A DNA stretch of 64,000 nucleotides from Promethearchaeota archaeon (GTDB lineage Archaea; Asgardarchaeota; Lokiarchaeia; Sigyniarchaeales; SOKP01): contig JBHLOC010000001.1 in the NCBI GenBank assembly GCA_048940925.1, positions 201,158-265,157 on the forward strand, in the 5' to 3' direction. The notes under the pieces are model-generated. The model did no database searches, had not been told where the DNA came from, and saw only the letters and a list, made by a program, of their open reading frames with translations. Of the stretch, positions 31,599-42,179 are shown piece by piece (position 1 is the stretch's first letter; each line of letters opens with the position of its first letter). The position numbers and the translations under genes are program-made.

Positions 31599-32612
31599 AT
31601 GGCTGTCGATCGGAAAAAATTAGATGCATTGCTTCAATGGTATAGACAGGAGATTGGAAAAAATTTGATTGCTGCTCTTATAGTAAATAGAGAAGGATTA
31701 GTGATGGCTGCATTAAAAGGTAGCTCTGAAGTGGAGGTAGAAGAGGATGTAATTGGTGGAGTTAGTGCATTAGTTGAACCTGTTTTAACAAGAATTACTG
31801 AAGAATTTAGTTCAGGTTCTTTTGGAACTGGAACATTTGATACAGAAGATCACAGATTTATTTTTTGTGAGGCTGGCCCAGAAGCTATTTTTGTAACTGT
31901 TTTAAATTCAATTGCTATGGTAGATCCTGTCTTTCCATATGCTTACTTAGCTGCAGAAAAAATCTCTCGAATATTTGATGGAAGACCTGTAAGTCCTGTA
32001 ATACCTAAACTTATTTCTGACAATATTAAGCCAAACATAGAAAGAAAGATAGATAAAATTCAAAAAATTAAGATAAAATCAGGAGAATATGCCTATAAAT
32101 TAATCTTAGGGGGGGAGGGAGGTGTTGGGAAAACTAGCATGGTTCATCGGTTTGTTGAAGATTCCTTTCAAACAGATTATAAATCCACAATTGGTACATC
32201 AATTATGAAAAAAGAATGCGATTTTCAAGGCTTAGAATCAAGAGTTCGTTTTGTTATATGGGATTTAGCAGGTCAAGCACAATTTAAGAGGGTTAGACAA
32301 ACTTATTTGGGAAATGCTGAAGCAGGTATATTAGTATATGATGTAACGCGTCAGGATACTTTTGAAAATATTGAAAATTGGTTTAATGAAATTAAAATTG
32401 TATCACCTAAGATCTCATTAATACTAGTTGGAAATAAAATTGATTTAAAAAATAATAGAATTATATCTGCAGAAAAAGGCGAAGAACTTTCAAAAAAATT
32501 AAATTTGTCATATATAGAAACTTCAGCTAAAACTGGAGAAAATATTAATGACGCTTTCAAAATGCTTGCATTACAAATGATAAAACGATTTGCTTTTGCA
32601 GAAGAAGTATAG
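31599..32612 (+). CDS. Roadblock/LC7 domain fused to Rab-like small GTPase
   Basis: AALIVNREGLVMAA; GEGGVGKT, WDLAGQ, GNKID, ETSAK. Confidence 0.92.
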   Translation: MAVDRKKLDALLQWYRQEIGKNLIAALIVNREGLVMAALKGSSEVEVEEDVIGGVSALVEPVLTRITEEFSSGSFGTGTFDTEDHRFIFCEAGPEAIFVTVLNSIAMVDPVFPYAYLAAEKISRIFDGRPVSPVIPKLISDNIKPNIERKIDKIQKIKIKSGEYAYKLILGGEGGVGKTSMVHRFVEDSFQTDYKSTIGTSIMKKECDFQGLESRVRFVIWDLAGQAQFKRVRQTYLGNAEAGILVYDVTRQDTFENIENWFNEIKIVSPKISLILVGNKIDLKNNRIISAEKGEELSKKLNLSYIETSAKTGENINDAFKMLALQMIKRFAFAEEV

Positions 32613-32616
32613 TAGA

Positions 32617-32719
32617 AGCCTCTGGGGGGAATTGAACCCCCGATCTACAGATTACGAATCTGTTGCTCTCAGCATAAAATATCTTATAGTATAATATTAT
32701 ACCACTAAGCCACAGAGGC
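32617..32719 (-). tRNA. tRNA-Thr(CGT) with D-loop intron
   Basis: GCCTCTG/CAGAGGC acceptor; ACAGA-TTCGTAA-TCTGT; ~30-nt insert after TAGTGGTA. Confidence 0.88.
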
Positions 32720-32772
32720 AATTAAATTAATTATTGAATACTAATTATTAAAAAATTATAAATTTTTTTCCA

Positions 32773-33813
32773 ATGAGGAGTAAAGAAAGGTTACAAGATC
32801 TTGGAGAAATAGAAATTATTAAAATATTAGAACGATTACTTTTTGAAAAAACTGGAAAAAAGCTGATTAGAGATGATTCCTTTTTCTATACGCTCAAAGA
32901 TCAAATTTGTACCAAAATCGGACCATTAGATAAAATAATTTTTAATTCTGATATGTTAGTTTCATCAACAGATGTGCCACCTCATATGAATTATTATCAA
33001 ATAGGGCGTAAATCAATTCTAATGAATATTAGTGATTTAATTGTTAAAGGAGTAATACCTAAGGGATTAATTATTTCTTTAGGTCTTCCTCGAGAGATGA
33101 ATCTCACAAAATTTAAGAAATTGATAAATGGTATTATTGATTATAGCCTAAAATGGAAATTAGATTATATTGGAGGAGATCTTAACGAAACTAAGGAGTT
33201 GATTATTAATCCGATCGTGTTTGGATTTCAGAATAATTCACAAATTATTTATAGAAAGGGTATGAAAGCAGGAGATCTTTTAATATCTAATGGAAAATTT
33301 GGATTAACAGGAGTAGGATTTGATATATTAATAAATAAAAGAGGAACTTTAAATGAATATCCAGAATTTAAAAGATCTATTGAATCTGTTATTGAAATTA
33401 AGGATTTAGGTAAAGAAGGCATTGTTCTAGCAAAGAATCACTTCGCTTCAGCAAGTATTGATTCTTCCGACGGTCTTTTTAAATCTTTGAAAGATTTAAT
33501 GTTATCTAATCCAAATTTGGGATTTGAAATAGATTTTAATCAAGATTTAATTGATTCTGAAGCATTAAAATACTCTCAAGATTTTAAAATTCCCTTAGAG
33601 AAACTAGTCTTTAGTGGTGGTGAGGAATTTATTCATTTATTTACAATAAATCCTAAATTACTGAGTAAAGTCCAAGCTATTATTCAAGCCAATGGTGGGA
33701 AAATCTTTAAAATTGGGAGAGTTATATCAAAGAATAGTATTCTTATGATAAAGGATAATAAGGAAATAGCGCTTAAATATTATGGTTTTGAACATTTTAG
33801 AAAAATGGATTAA
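32773..33813 (+). CDS. thiL: Thiamine-monophosphate kinase
   Basis: LGEIEII, NISDL, GGDLN, IDSSDGL, GGEEF. Confidence 0.92.
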   Translation: MRSKERLQDLGEIEIIKILERLLFEKTGKKLIRDDSFFYTLKDQICTKIGPLDKIIFNSDMLVSSTDVPPHMNYYQIGRKSILMNISDLIVKGVIPKGLIISLGLPREMNLTKFKKLINGIIDYSLKWKLDYIGGDLNETKELIINPIVFGFQNNSQIIYRKGMKAGDLLISNGKFGLTGVGFDILINKRGTLNEYPEFKRSIESVIEIKDLGKEGIVLAKNHFASASIDSSDGLFKSLKDLMLSNPNLGFEIDFNQDLIDSEALKYSQDFKIPLEKLVFSGGEEFIHLFTINPKLLSKVQAIIQANGGKIFKIGRVISKNSILMIKDNKEIALKYYGFEHFRKMD

Positions 33814-33937
33814 ACTTCTATATCCATAAATACATAACTGATAAGTGAAGGATAGGATCTTCCATAAAATAAAATTTTTATATTATTGCGAATTTATTCT
33901 AATGCTAAAGGCGTTTAGGTGCTTAAAATTTTTTTTA

Positions 33938-34041
33938 GGGCTATTGGCGCAGGCAGGTAGCGCAGCAGGCTTTTAACCTGACTTTTATGGCAATCTCTTC
34001 CATAAAAAGAAAGGTCAGGGGTTCAATTCCCCTATAGCCCG
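33938..34041 (+). tRNA. tRNA-Lys(TTT) with intron at the anticodon-stem/variable-loop junction
   Basis: GGGCTAT/ATAGCCC acceptor; CAGG-CTTTTAA-CCTG; hairpin insert CTTTTATGG..CCATAAAAAG. Confidence 0.87.
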
Positions 34042-34153
34042 TTTTTTATTATTTTTCTTTTCCCAAATATCCCAAAAAATTAATTTTTAAGGAAAAATTT
34101 ATGATATTCTTAAATTTATAATAATATAAATATCTCTCAAAATATTAAGTGAC

Positions 34154-35158
34154 ATGCACAAATTAGAATTTAGATTACCATCTGATGAACCTGAGCAATT
34201 ATTAGTAAAAAGCCAAGATAGCACTAATCCAAATCATGGATGTGAACCGGAAAAAAGAAATCTCGAAGCACTTCTACGCTATGGTGTTATAAATTTAGAT
34301 AAACCAAGTGGTCCTACTAGCCATGAAGTAGTTTCTTGGGTTCGAAAGATATTAGGTATTCCCAATGTAGGACACGGTGGAACATTGGATCCTCGTGTTA
34401 CAGGTATTTTACCTTGTGCACTTGGAAAAGCAACAAGAGCTTTATCTTCTTTATTAAGCGCAGGGAAAGAATATATTGGAGTACTATACCTACATTCTCC
34501 AGAAAACCGAAAAAGAATAGAAAAGGTATTTAAACTATTTACCGGGAAAATATATCAAAGACCACCATTAAAATCGTCTGTTGTAAGAAGATTGAGAGTG
34601 AGGGAAATTTATTATACTAAAATCCTTGAAATTGAAAATAATCACATTTTATTTAGAATAGGATGTGAAGCAGGAACTTACATACGAAAGTTTTGTTATG
34701 ATATTGGGGAAGCTCTTTGTTCTGGTGCCCATATGCTCGAATTGAGGAGAACACGAGTAGGAAATTTTGATGAAAATAGTAATTTATTAACATTACAAAA
34801 TTTAAAAGACGCCATTACAATTTTTCATATTGAAGGTAATAGTGATTATTTACGAAAATTGATTTTTCCTATGGAAAAGATGGTGTCGCATATGCCTAAA
34901 ATTTTTATTAGAGATACAGCAGTTGATGCTATAACTCATGGAGCAGATTTAGCTTCAGCGGGAATCTGTTATATTGATGCTAGAATAAAAGCTAATATGA
35001 ATGTTGCAATAATGACATTGAAAAAAGAGTTAATTGCATTTGGTACTTCATTAAAAAATGCAATGCAAATATACAAGGCAAAAAAGGGGATATTAGTTAA
35101 GACGGAAAAAGTTTTTATGGAAAGGGGAATCTATCCGAGATGGAATCAGAGAAAATAA
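34154..35158 (+). CDS. cbf5: Pseudouridine synthase Cbf5/TruB with PUA domain
   Basis: LDKPSGPTSHEV, GHGGTLDP, GTYIRK, ELRRTR. Confidence 0.96.
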   Translation: MHKLEFRLPSDEPEQLLVKSQDSTNPNHGCEPEKRNLEALLRYGVINLDKPSGPTSHEVVSWVRKILGIPNVGHGGTLDPRVTGILPCALGKATRALSSLLSAGKEYIGVLYLHSPENRKRIEKVFKLFTGKIYQRPPLKSSVVRRLRVREIYYTKILEIENNHILFRIGCEAGTYIRKFCYDIGEALCSGAHMLELRRTRVGNFDENSNLLTLQNLKDAITIFHIEGNSDYLRKLIFPMEKMVSHMPKIFIRDTAVDAITHGADLASAGICYIDARIKANMNVAIMTLKKELIAFGTSLKNAMQIYKAKKGILVKTEKVFMERGIYPRWNQRK

Positions 35159-35164
35159 ACTTTT

Positions 35165-35809
35165 ATGGTTTCAATGAGAAAAAAAGAACAACATTATTAT
35201 ACTAAATTTCCTGATGTAAATCTTAAGATTTATACCTTTTCAGAAAGTTTAAGAAGACATCTTTATATTTTTAAGACTACTACAGGAGTTTTTTCATTTA
35301 ACAAGTTAGATTTAGGAACTAAAGTTTTGATTGAGAATATGATTATTCCGGAGGAGGCAAAATTTTTGTTAGATTTAGGTTGTGGTTATGGGCCTATTGG
35401 AATTGTATTAGGTTATGAATCATCAAAAAGTATTATTTATTTGATAGATATTAACAAGAGAGCTATTTGGTGTGCAAGAGAAAACATTAAGATAAATTTA
35501 CCAAATAATAGAAAAAATATAATTATATTATCAGGAAGTTATTTTGAACCATTGAAAAACAAAAATTTAAAATTCGATGGAATCTATATGAATCCTCCAC
35601 TTCGACAAGGAAGAAAAGAGTTTCTACAATTGATAAAGGAAATTCCTAAATATCTAACTGAAAATGGTTCATTTCAATTTGTGATTAAAAAAAAGATGGG
35701 TGCTCAATATATAATGAAGTTCCTTAATGAATCTTTTCTAAATGGAAAAATAGATATATTATGTAAAAGAAGTGGTTATTGGGTCTTTAGGTGTTTTAAT
35801 ATCAATTAA
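35165..35809 (+). CDS. RsmC/MTS-like SAM methyltransferase
   Basis: GVFS..LDLGT, LDLGCGYG, NPPLRQG. Confidence 0.88.
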   Translation: MVSMRKKEQHYYTKFPDVNLKIYTFSESLRRHLYIFKTTTGVFSFNKLDLGTKVLIENMIIPEEAKFLLDLGCGYGPIGIVLGYESSKSIIYLIDINKRAIWCARENIKINLPNNRKNIIILSGSYFEPLKNKNLKFDGIYMNPPLRQGRKEFLQLIKEIPKYLTENGSFQFVIKKKMGAQYIMKFLNESFLNGKIDILCKRSGYWVFRCFNIN

Positions 35810-35900
35810 GCAAATTCACGGTTTCTATGAAATTAATAGAAAGAATCTAAAAACAATAAAATTTTTTAGAAAGTCAAGATTTTTTTAATCATAAATCAAA

Positions 35901-36176
35901 GTGAAAGTGGATTTTCCCTTGACTAAGAAGAAAAAAATTGATGTCTTACTTCATAAATTTGTTCCACAGCATATTCTTTTAACTAAAGAAGAGTCTCAAG
36001 ATCTTTTAAATAAATATAAAATAGATGTAAATGATCTTCCTCAAATGTTTGAAAAAGATCCAGTTGCTATTGCGATAGGAGCAAAAGAAGGGGATATCGT
36101 GAAAATTATTCGTAATTCAAATACAACAGTTAGAACTGTAGAGTATTTTCGTTATGTAAAAAAGGAGAAAGTTTAA
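35901..36176 (+). CDS. rpoH: RNA polymerase subunit Rpo5 (H)
   Basis: HKFVPQH, LPQM..DPVA, GDIVKIIR. Confidence 0.95.
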   Translation: MKVDFPLTKKKKIDVLLHKFVPQHILLTKEESQDLLNKYKIDVNDLPQMFEKDPVAIAIGAKEGDIVKIIRNSNTTVRTVEYFRYVKKEKV

Positions 36177-36215
36177 ATTTAAATTTATAATAAAATTTAG
36201 GAAGGTTTAATATTT

Positions 36216-39200
36216 TTGAGTTCTGAAAAATTATCAAAAGAAGATAAGTGGATAATATTAAAAAGTTTATTTGACGAAAAAGGTTTAGTTCGACAGCACT
36301 TAGATTCTTACAATAATTTCATTGAATATGAAATGCAAACAATCGTTGATGAATCTGGAGAAGTCATACCTGATATTCCGGGGTTTAAAATAAAATTTGG
36401 AAAAATTAAAGTAGGCGTTCCAAAAGTGAGAGAAGCTGATGGAGCTACTATGGAAATTACCCCTATAGAAGCAAGGATTAGGGAATTGAGCTACGCTGCG
36501 GATATCACTTTAGAAATGACCCCAATTACTATAGATGAACGTACACAAAGAGAAGAAGCTGAAGAAACTCTTGATATATATATTGGTAAAATTCCAATTA
36601 TGCTTAAAAGCTGTCGATGCCCATTAGAAAGCTTATCTGAACAAGAATTAATTAACCGAGGGGAAGACCCATTAGATCCAGGGGGTTATTTTATAATTAA
36701 TGGAACAGAGCGGGTTCTTGTTACCCAAGAAGACTTAGCTCCTAACAGAATATTGGCAGAAGAAGCTAGTAGAAGTTCTAGCGCTACTCATCAAGCAAAA
36801 GTATTTTCAACTAGAAGTGGATTCAGAGCACCAGTAACAATAGAAAGAAAAAAAGATGGTAATTTAAGAGTTTCATTTCCTTCAGTTCCAGGTAAAATAC
36901 CTTTAGCAATTTTAATGAGAGCATTAGGTTTACACTCTGATAGAGAGATATTTGAAGCTATATCTGAAAATGAAGAAATTCAAAAGGAGTTAATCCCAGT
37001 AATAGATGTAGCTTCTGAAATTCAAGTATTAAAAGATCCAGAAAAATCTCAGCAAAATGCTCTTGATTATATCGGTAAAAGAGTTGCCATTGGGCAGACA
37101 AAAGATTATAGAATTAGAAGAGCTCTCCAAGTGCTAGATAGATACCTTTTACCTCATATTGGTAATGCAGAAGAAGATCGCATTAAAAAAGCATATTATT
37201 TGGGCCAGATGGCCCAAAAAGTAATGGAACTTGCATTAGGGTTGAGAGAACAGGATGATAAAGATCATTATGCCAACAAAAGATTAAAATTAGCTGGAGA
37301 ATTATTCACCTCTTTATTTAGAGTGGCATTTTTAAATCTTGTTAAAGATATTAAATATCAATTAGAGAGAACTGCCGTTCGCGGAAGGGCGCCAAACATA
37401 AAAACTGCTGTTAGAGCAGATGTTATCACAGAAAGAATAAGACATGCATTGGCTACAGGCAATTGGGTGGGAGGAAAAGCAGGTGTAAGTCAATTATTAA
37501 ATAGAAATAATCATGTTGGAACATTAAGTCATTTAAGAAGAGTTATATCACCTTTAAGTCGAAGCCAACCGCATTTTGAGGCTAGAGATCTGCATCCAAC
37601 TCAATGGGGCAAAATCTGTCCAGCAGAAACTCCTGAAGGACCAAATTGTGGTTTAGTTAAAAATCTTGGACTAGCATCAATTATTTCTATTGGTGCTGAT
37701 GAAAAAATAATTGAAAATATCTTAATTGATTTGGGAGTAATCCCTATAAATGAAGTTCAAAATATCAAAGGGGATAAAGTTAAAGTTTTTCTAAACGGTA
37801 AACTAGTAGGGATTCATCAGCAACATAATCCATTTATTCGTCAACTTAGGGAAAAAAGAAAAAAAGGAGAAATTGGTCAGCATGTTAATATTGGATATTA
37901 TCATGATTCTAAAGAAATTCAAATTAACTGTGATGCAGGGAGAGCAACCCGACCCCTTTTTGTATTGAAGAATAAAAGATTACAAATTACGAAAGAAGAT
38001 ATTGAAAAATTGAAGCAAAATAAATATATTTGGTCAGATTTAGTCCAAAAAGGAGTGATTGAATATTTAGATGCTGAAGAAGAGGAAAATGCATACATAG
38101 CTATGTTTGAAGACGATATAACTGAAGAACATACTCATTTAGAGATTTCACCTGCAGCAATTCTAGGGATTTGTGCTTCTATTATTCCATTTCCAGAACA
38201 TAATCAATCTCCAAGAAATACTTACGAAGCAGGTATGGTAAAGCAGGCATTAGGTTTATGGGCTGCAAATATGCATTTACGCCTTGACACAAGAGGTCAC
38301 ACCTTACATTATCCTCAACAACCTTTAGTAAAAACTAGTCCAATGGAGATAATAGGGATTAATAAACGCCCCGCTGGACAAAATTTTATTGTAGCTATGA
38401 TGAGTTTTGAGGGTTTCAATATTGAAGATGCTATAATTATCAATAAAGCATCAATTGAGAGGGGTCTTGCTCGGAGTCATTTCTTTAGAACATATGATGC
38501 GGAAGAGAGGAAATATCCTGGGGGAGAAGTTGATAAGTTTGAAATCCCAGAGAGAGGAGTTCGCGGCTTCAAATCTGCTGAATCATATCGTTTACTTTCT
38601 GAAGAAGATGGTATTATTGAACCTGAAACCCAAGTTAATGGAGGAGATGTATTAATTGGTAGAACTTCTCCGCCAAGATTCATAAAATCATATGAAGAAT
38701 TCGAATTAATGCAACCAAATCGGCGTGAAACTTCAAAGAACATGCGACATAATGAAAAAGGAATTGTAGACACTGTCATTATTTCAGAAACTGTCGATGG
38801 AAATAAACTTGTAAAAATTAAAGTACGAGACTTAAGGATTCCTGAATTAGGAGATAAATTTTCATCTCGTCATGGCCAAAAAGGAGTACTTGGATTAATT
38901 GTAGAGCAATCTGATATGCCTTTTACCTCATCTGGAGTTATTCCCGACATAATAGTAAATCCCCACGCCATGCCTTCAAGAATGACTTTAGGACAACTTT
39001 TTGAGGGAATAAGTGGTAAAATAGCATGTACTACAGGAAAATTGGGAGATGCTACAGCATTTGAATGGACAAATATTACTAAACTCCAAGAACAGTTAGT
39101 TGAAGTCGGATTTGAATTTAATGGTAGGGAAATAATGTATAATGGGATTACTGGAGAAAAATATGAAGCAGGTATATACTGCGCTCCAATATACTACCAA

Positions 39201-39587
39201 AAGTTATATCACTTAGTTGCAGACAAACTTCACGCTAGAGCACGTGGACCTGTCCAGATTTTAACAAGACAGCCTACAGAAGGTAGAGCTAGAGAAGGAG
39301 GATTGCGATTTGGAGAAATGGAACGTGATTGCCTTGTTGGTCACGGATCTGCTCTTTTATTAAAAGAAAGATTATTAGATGAATCAGATAGAACCGTAAT
39401 TCTTGTTTGTGAGAAATGTGGGCTTTTAGCAGTTTATGATCGAAATCGGGATAAACGCTATTGTCCAGTATGCGGAGAAGGAACAATAATATCGAAAGTT
39501 GTTTGTTCTTATGCATTTAAATTGCTATTGCAAGAAATGATGAGTTTGGGACTGGCACCTCGTTTAAAATTAAAAGAAAAAATATAA
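36216..39587 (+). CDS. rpoB: RNA polymerase subunit Rpo2 (B), unsplit
   Basis: GYFIINGTERV, GDKFSSRHGQKG, GGLRFGEMERD. Confidence 0.98.
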   Translation: MSSEKLSKEDKWIILKSLFDEKGLVRQHLDSYNNFIEYEMQTIVDESGEVIPDIPGFKIKFGKIKVGVPKVREADGATMEITPIEARIRELSYAADITLEMTPITIDERTQREEAEETLDIYIGKIPIMLKSCRCPLESLSEQELINRGEDPLDPGGYFIINGTERVLVTQEDLAPNRILAEEASRSSSATHQAKVFSTRSGFRAPVTIERKKDGNLRVSFPSVPGKIPLAILMRALGLHSDREIFEAISENEEIQKELIPVIDVASEIQVLKDPEKSQQNALDYIGKRVAIGQTKDYRIRRALQVLDRYLLPHIGNAEEDRIKKAYYLGQMAQKVMELALGLREQDDKDHYANKRLKLAGELFTSLFRVAFLNLVKDIKYQLERTAVRGRAPNIKTAVRADVITERIRHALATGNWVGGKAGVSQLLNRNNHVGTLSHLRRVISPLSRSQPHFEARDLHPTQWGKICPAETPEGPNCGLVKNLGLASIISIGADEKIIENILIDLGVIPINEVQNIKGDKVKVFLNGKLVGIHQQHNPFIRQLREKRKKGEIGQHVNIGYYHDSKEIQINCDAGRATRPLFVLKNKRLQITKEDIEKLKQNKYIWSDLVQKGVIEYLDAEEEENAYIAMFEDDITEEHTHLEISPAAILGICASIIPFPEHNQSPRNTYEAGMVKQALGLWAANMHLRLDTRGHTLHYPQQPLVKTSPMEIIGINKRPAGQNFIVAMMSFEGFNIEDAIIINKASIERGLARSHFFRTYDAEERKYPGGEVDKFEIPERGVRGFKSAESYRLLSEEDGIIEPETQVNGGDVLIGRTSPPRFIKSYEEFELMQPNRRETSKNMRHNEKGIVDTVIISETVDGNKLVKIKVRDLRIPELGDKFSSRHGQKGVLGLIVEQSDMPFTSSGVIPDIIVNPHAMPSRMTLGQLFEGISGKIACTTGKLGDATAFEWTNITKLQEQLVEVGFEFNGREIMYNGITGEKYEAGIYCAPIYYQKLYHLVADKLHARARGPVQILTRQPTEGRAREGGLRFGEMERDCLVGHGSALLLKERLLDESDRTVILVCEKCGLLAVYDRNRDKRYCPVCGEGTIISKVVCSYAFKLLLQEMMSLGLAPRLKLKEKI

Positions 39588-39721
39588 AAAATAAAAAATT
39601 TTTTTAAGATTCTTTTTAATAATTCTGTATTATTTTTAATTTCTTAGAAGATTCTATTATTTCTAATAATTATTAATAATCGATTGATTTACAGGAAAAA
39701 AAAAGTATAGAATTAAATTAG

Positions 39722-40138
39722 TTATATTGTGAATCCAAGAAAGGAAGCAAATCCTGGTATTAAAGTATACAGAAGGAATAGAATAAACAATGTTAATAAA
39801 GCTATCCAAACAGCATTATCCCATGGAACATCTAATAGAAATTTGACTAAAAGCAATATTATTAAAAATCCTATTATGGGTATTAAAAGTGTTAAATAAT
39901 TACCATCGCTCCAAGGAATTTCACTAAAAATTCCTAATACAATACCAACTGCGCCTAAAACTATCGGAATTACAAGTACACATATGAATGCTAACAGGAT
40001 AATTAAAAATTTTTTGTCTGAGGCTTTAGTCTTTGATACAATAAGTATTACAGCAATGTAAATAATCAATGTTACTATTATGGTTCCTAAAATAAGCCAT
40101 ATTACGAACCACAGAGTACTATTCATTTGAAATAACAT
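39722..40138 (-). CDS. Small multi-pass membrane protein
   Basis: Four hydrophobic helices; GGAG upstream. Confidence 0.8.
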   Translation of the reverse strand: MLFQMNSTLWFVIWLILGTIIVTLIIYIAVILIVSKTKASDKKFLIILLAFICVLVIPIVLGAVGIVLGIFSEIPWSDGNYLTLLIPIIGFLIILLLVKFLLDVPWDNAVWIALLTLFILFLLYTLIPGFASFLGFTI

Positions 40139-40315
40139 CTTGTTCTCCTTTTTTTATATAAGATAGAGTAAGTTTTAATTAATTGAGGAAAACTTTTCTT
40201 CTTTTTTAAATATTAACCAAAAAATTGACAAACTGAGAGATCTTACGATTTAAAAAGGTAAATCTTCAAATAAAACAAGTGTAAGATCATGAGAAAATTA
40301 GGATATAACAGTCCT

Positions 40316-40516
40316 TTATAATCCCCAATTTAATAAAAAAAAGTGGAAAGAAAATCCTAAGAAAATAGACACAGTTAAGATACTTAATATAGATAATCGA
40401 ACTGATTTCTCTCTACCATACTTTGTGTATATTATAAGGATAGCTAATGCTAGTAATCCGAGAATAAGGAAAATCCATGCTAAAATCCATAATGATAATG
40501 AAGGAACCATTGCCAT
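40316..40516 (-). CDS. Small two-helix membrane protein
   Basis: 66 aa, two hydrophobic segments. Confidence 0.7.
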   Translation of the reverse strand: MAMVPSLSLWILAWIFLILGLLALAILIIYTKYGREKSVRLSILSILTVSIFLGFSFHFFLLNWGL

Positions 40517-40659
40517 TTTTAATTGATTTTTTTATATTCAGTATTTTAACATATGTTTTATTTTTTTTTAAGTTTATTAATGAATAAAATTTAAAACTAT
40601 ATTCTCTTGATAATTAATTGATATTATTTATTTCATTTTCTTAGAAAAATATGTGAAAA

Positions 40660-41442
40660 TTGAAAATGCATTTTCTTAAAGAATTAATTGAAACCCCTAT
40701 TTTAAAGGATCCTGCTAAATCAAATACTGATATCCATCGTCATTTTTATCGGTATTCAAGAGGTAAATTTCTAGGACCTGCTCTAAAAATATTAAAATCA
40801 AATACTCGTATTACACTTAAGGGTACTCATGAATATGAAGATCTAATAGCGGAAATCGTAGCTAATACAATCCCAGAAGAAAAACTTGAGATTAAGGGTT
40901 CTTTAATAGCTGGGAGTGATGTAAGTAGGACAATAAGTGATCTCGGATTTGATTGGGATTTGAAAAAATCAACGGGAAAAACGACAAATTATAAGGCAAC
41001 AATTCTTAGTAATATGAATAAAAGTTCTTTGCTTAAAAGTATTGAAGAATTCAGGAAAAATAGTTATTTTTTAATTTCTTTCAATGTGAATTCTACGTGT
41101 AAATTAACAACTAAAAAAAATATCCCCCAACCTTCAAAGAAGAAAGTTGACGAAGATGACGTAAATAAAAGAATTCAATTCTGTACTGGAGTCATTGATA
41201 ATTCAGAAAGTAATATCAAGTTAATTTTAGACTTAGCTCTACCTGATTTCAAAATAGATATTAGTAGAAAATGGAAAAACATTATAATTACTAATAATTA
41301 TAAAATATCTGAATTAATTTTACCTGAGCATGTAAATGATTGGGGTCTAAAGCGAATTTTAGCAATAAGAAAGGGAATATTATTTAGATCTATTGATATA
41401 GATGGTGAAATTACAGAAAAACAATATTCCATTGTTGTGTAA
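40660..41442 (+). CDS. Conserved-type archaeal hypothetical protein
   Basis: 260-aa ORF with HRHFYRYSRGKFLGP; upstream of tfe. Confidence 0.75.
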   Translation: MKMHFLKELIETPILKDPAKSNTDIHRHFYRYSRGKFLGPALKILKSNTRITLKGTHEYEDLIAEIVANTIPEEKLEIKGSLIAGSDVSRTISDLGFDWDLKKSTGKTTNYKATILSNMNKSSLLKSIEEFRKNSYFLISFNVNSTCKLTTKKNIPQPSKKKVDEDDVNKRIQFCTGVIDNSESNIKLILDLALPDFKIDISRKWKNIIITNNYKISELILPEHVNDWGLKRILAIRKGILFRSIDIDGEITEKQYSIVV

Positions 41443-41517
41443 TAATTAAGAATTTAGATTACTATTTTGAAAAAATTTAATTTTTATAAAAGTTTTTAAA
41501 TATCAATTTGAAATTAC

Positions 41518-42120
41518 TTGAGAAAGAGGCATAATCATATTAAAGAACTAAATCCCGTCTTACAGTCTTTTCTATACATTATTGGTGGTGAAATTGCAAT
41601 ATATGTTGGAGAGGAACTTTTAAATTCGGAATCTGAGGATATAACTGATGAGGATATTACTGAGAATATCAAAGAACGTATCAATGGAACAGATATAGAT
41701 TTTGAACCAGAAGATAATGAGACTTTAAAGTTAAATACTGTACGAAAAACATTATATAAATTATACTCAGAAAAATTAGCTCAATTTAGACGCATAAGAG
41801 ATAAATCTACAGGATGGTTTATATATTATTGGTGGCATGAGTTTGATTTACTTGAAGAATTACTACTTGAGAAAAAGAAATTAATCGATAGCAAATTGAG
41901 GGACAGGTTAAGGTTTGAACAGAATAATTATTTTTTTATTTGTAAAAATTGTAAAACCACCAATATTAAATATAATTTCGATGACGCTTTTGAGCTTAAT
42001 TTTAGATGCCCTGATTGTGGAAATCATTTAGAAGCTCAAGATAATCAGAAAATTATCGAATTTCTTAAAAATAAAATAGCTTTAAATCAAAAAACAAAGA
42101 TTAATATTAATGGAAAGTAA
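41518..42120 (+). CDS. tfe: Transcription factor E (TFIIE-alpha)
   Basis: TDEDI, LNTVRKTLYKL, GWFIYYW, FRCPDCG. Confidence 0.93.
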   Translation: MRKRHNHIKELNPVLQSFLYIIGGEIAIYVGEELLNSESEDITDEDITENIKERINGTDIDFEPEDNETLKLNTVRKTLYKLYSEKLAQFRRIRDKSTGWFIYYWWHEFDLLEELLLEKKKLIDSKLRDRLRFEQNNYFFICKNCKTTNIKYNFDDAFELNFRCPDCGNHLEAQDNQKIIEFLKNKIALNQKTKININGK

Positions 42121-42179
42121 TAAGAAGTCATTTTAATAAATCTTTAATCAACAATTAAGTTAAATTTTCATTTTTTCTT

